Below are positions 63,200 through 64,000 of a stretch of 64,000 nt of DNA, piece by piece. Position 1 is the stretch's first letter, and each line of letters starts with the position of its first letter. The position numbers were made by a program, and so were the translations under genes. Below the pieces are notes generated by a model. It was not told the origin of the DNA. It saw only the letters and a program-made list of their open reading frames with translations, and did no database searches. This stretch comes from Vicugna vicugna. Lineage: Eukaryota. The stretch covers positions 2,120,419 through 2,184,418 of the forward strand of contig MU058198.1 of assembly GCA_013265495.1 (NCBI GenBank), in the 5' to 3' direction.

Positions 63200-63935
63200 T
63201 GTGAGCCACTCCAACAGTGTACTTGGCCTGAAGCTGAGAGAGGACACAAAAAAAAAATGAGGACAAACTTGTCTTAAAGAAGATGAACACAGCAGCTTGA
63301 CTGTGAAACTATGTACTGCCAAAGAAACCCAATTACTTCTTGCCCCATCAAGAATACTGAGGTATGCTGCATGACTGTGGATGGGAATAACCTGATAGAG
63401 AACAGCAGCCAGAGCTCTCAGAGGGCATCAAAGCAATTTAGATCTTACAAATCACTTCCAAACCCTGTCAAGGTGAGCTGCTGGGGACATCTCAACTACA
63501 GATACCCACTCCTGGCCCACAAGTAATGCTTCATGCACCTCACCTGCACACAACAAACATCCTGTGACTGGCTCCCTGGGTGCAACCCCAGAGGTGTCAA
63601 GAGTAAGCCTCTGAAGACAGCTGATGTGCATGCACAGAAAGGTGGTCCAAATCTGCGGGACTGGGAGAAAGCACACAAACCTGAGCATTCAACATCACAC
63701 TAGAGAAAGCAGACAGTATGCTATTATGACCCAGCCTGGCATAGAAGGATCATATAGAAGGCATACAATCTTAAGAATTCACCTCCAAAAGGGAAAAAGA
63801 AGTATGAAGCAAGCACACCCATAGGGAAAGTCTGAGAAAGCCTCAGTCTCCCTAATGGGGTTGATGGAAGGCATCGCCTTCCTGAAGTCAGTCAGAAAAG
63901 AATGGAGGAGGTGACTGTTCTTTCAAATGTAAAGA
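63200..63935 (+). mobile_element. Probable old LINE-1 5' region
   Basis: ends in ccttcctgaagtcagtcag...ggaggaggtgactgttctttcaaatg, resembling the L1 pre-ORF1 segment also seen antisense near 3240-3275. Confidence 0.5.
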
Positions 63936-64000
63936 CTCGAGCTCGAAGTTAAGGGATGAGATATTCCACACAGCTGGAGGTATCAGCACCATGATTTCAA

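Noticed and set aside
63937..63946. Palindrome TCGAGCTCGA (overlapping XhoI/SacI-like sites)
   Set aside because: Only 10 bp with no other vector or linker sequence; compatible with chance
1..64000. Prokaryotic-type systems (CRISPR array, operons, IS elements)
   Set aside because: Sequence is mammalian intron/exon DNA; no repeat-spacer array or gene-dense segment seen

Overview
AT-rich, repeat-dense mammalian genomic DNA, very probably camelid: two tRNA-derived Vic-1-like SINEs are present and I saw no Alu, Bov-tA/BovB or PRE-1. The whole window lies inside one + strand gene, an ABCA3-like full ABC transporter of the ABCA14/15/16/17 group, best matching ABCA16 from recall. I hand-assembled 18 consecutive GT-AG exons (5932-62232; 3247 nt, 1082 codons + 1 nt). 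They splice in frame without stops and encode NBD1, the regulatory linker, TMD2/ECD2 and NBD2; the start and last exons lie outside the window. Introns hold nested L1 fragments, ERV/MaLR LTRs, DNA transposon fossils, L2 and microsatellites. Points worth a second look: a candidate antisense multi-exon transcript with a TATA box crossing one ABCA exon, a very weak GTCTCT donor, an LTGG NBD1 signature, a ~360-bp intronic tandem duplication, an internally deleted L1 with its own TSD, and a poly(A)-only retro-insertion. Repeat family names and many repeat boundaries are by-eye approximations.
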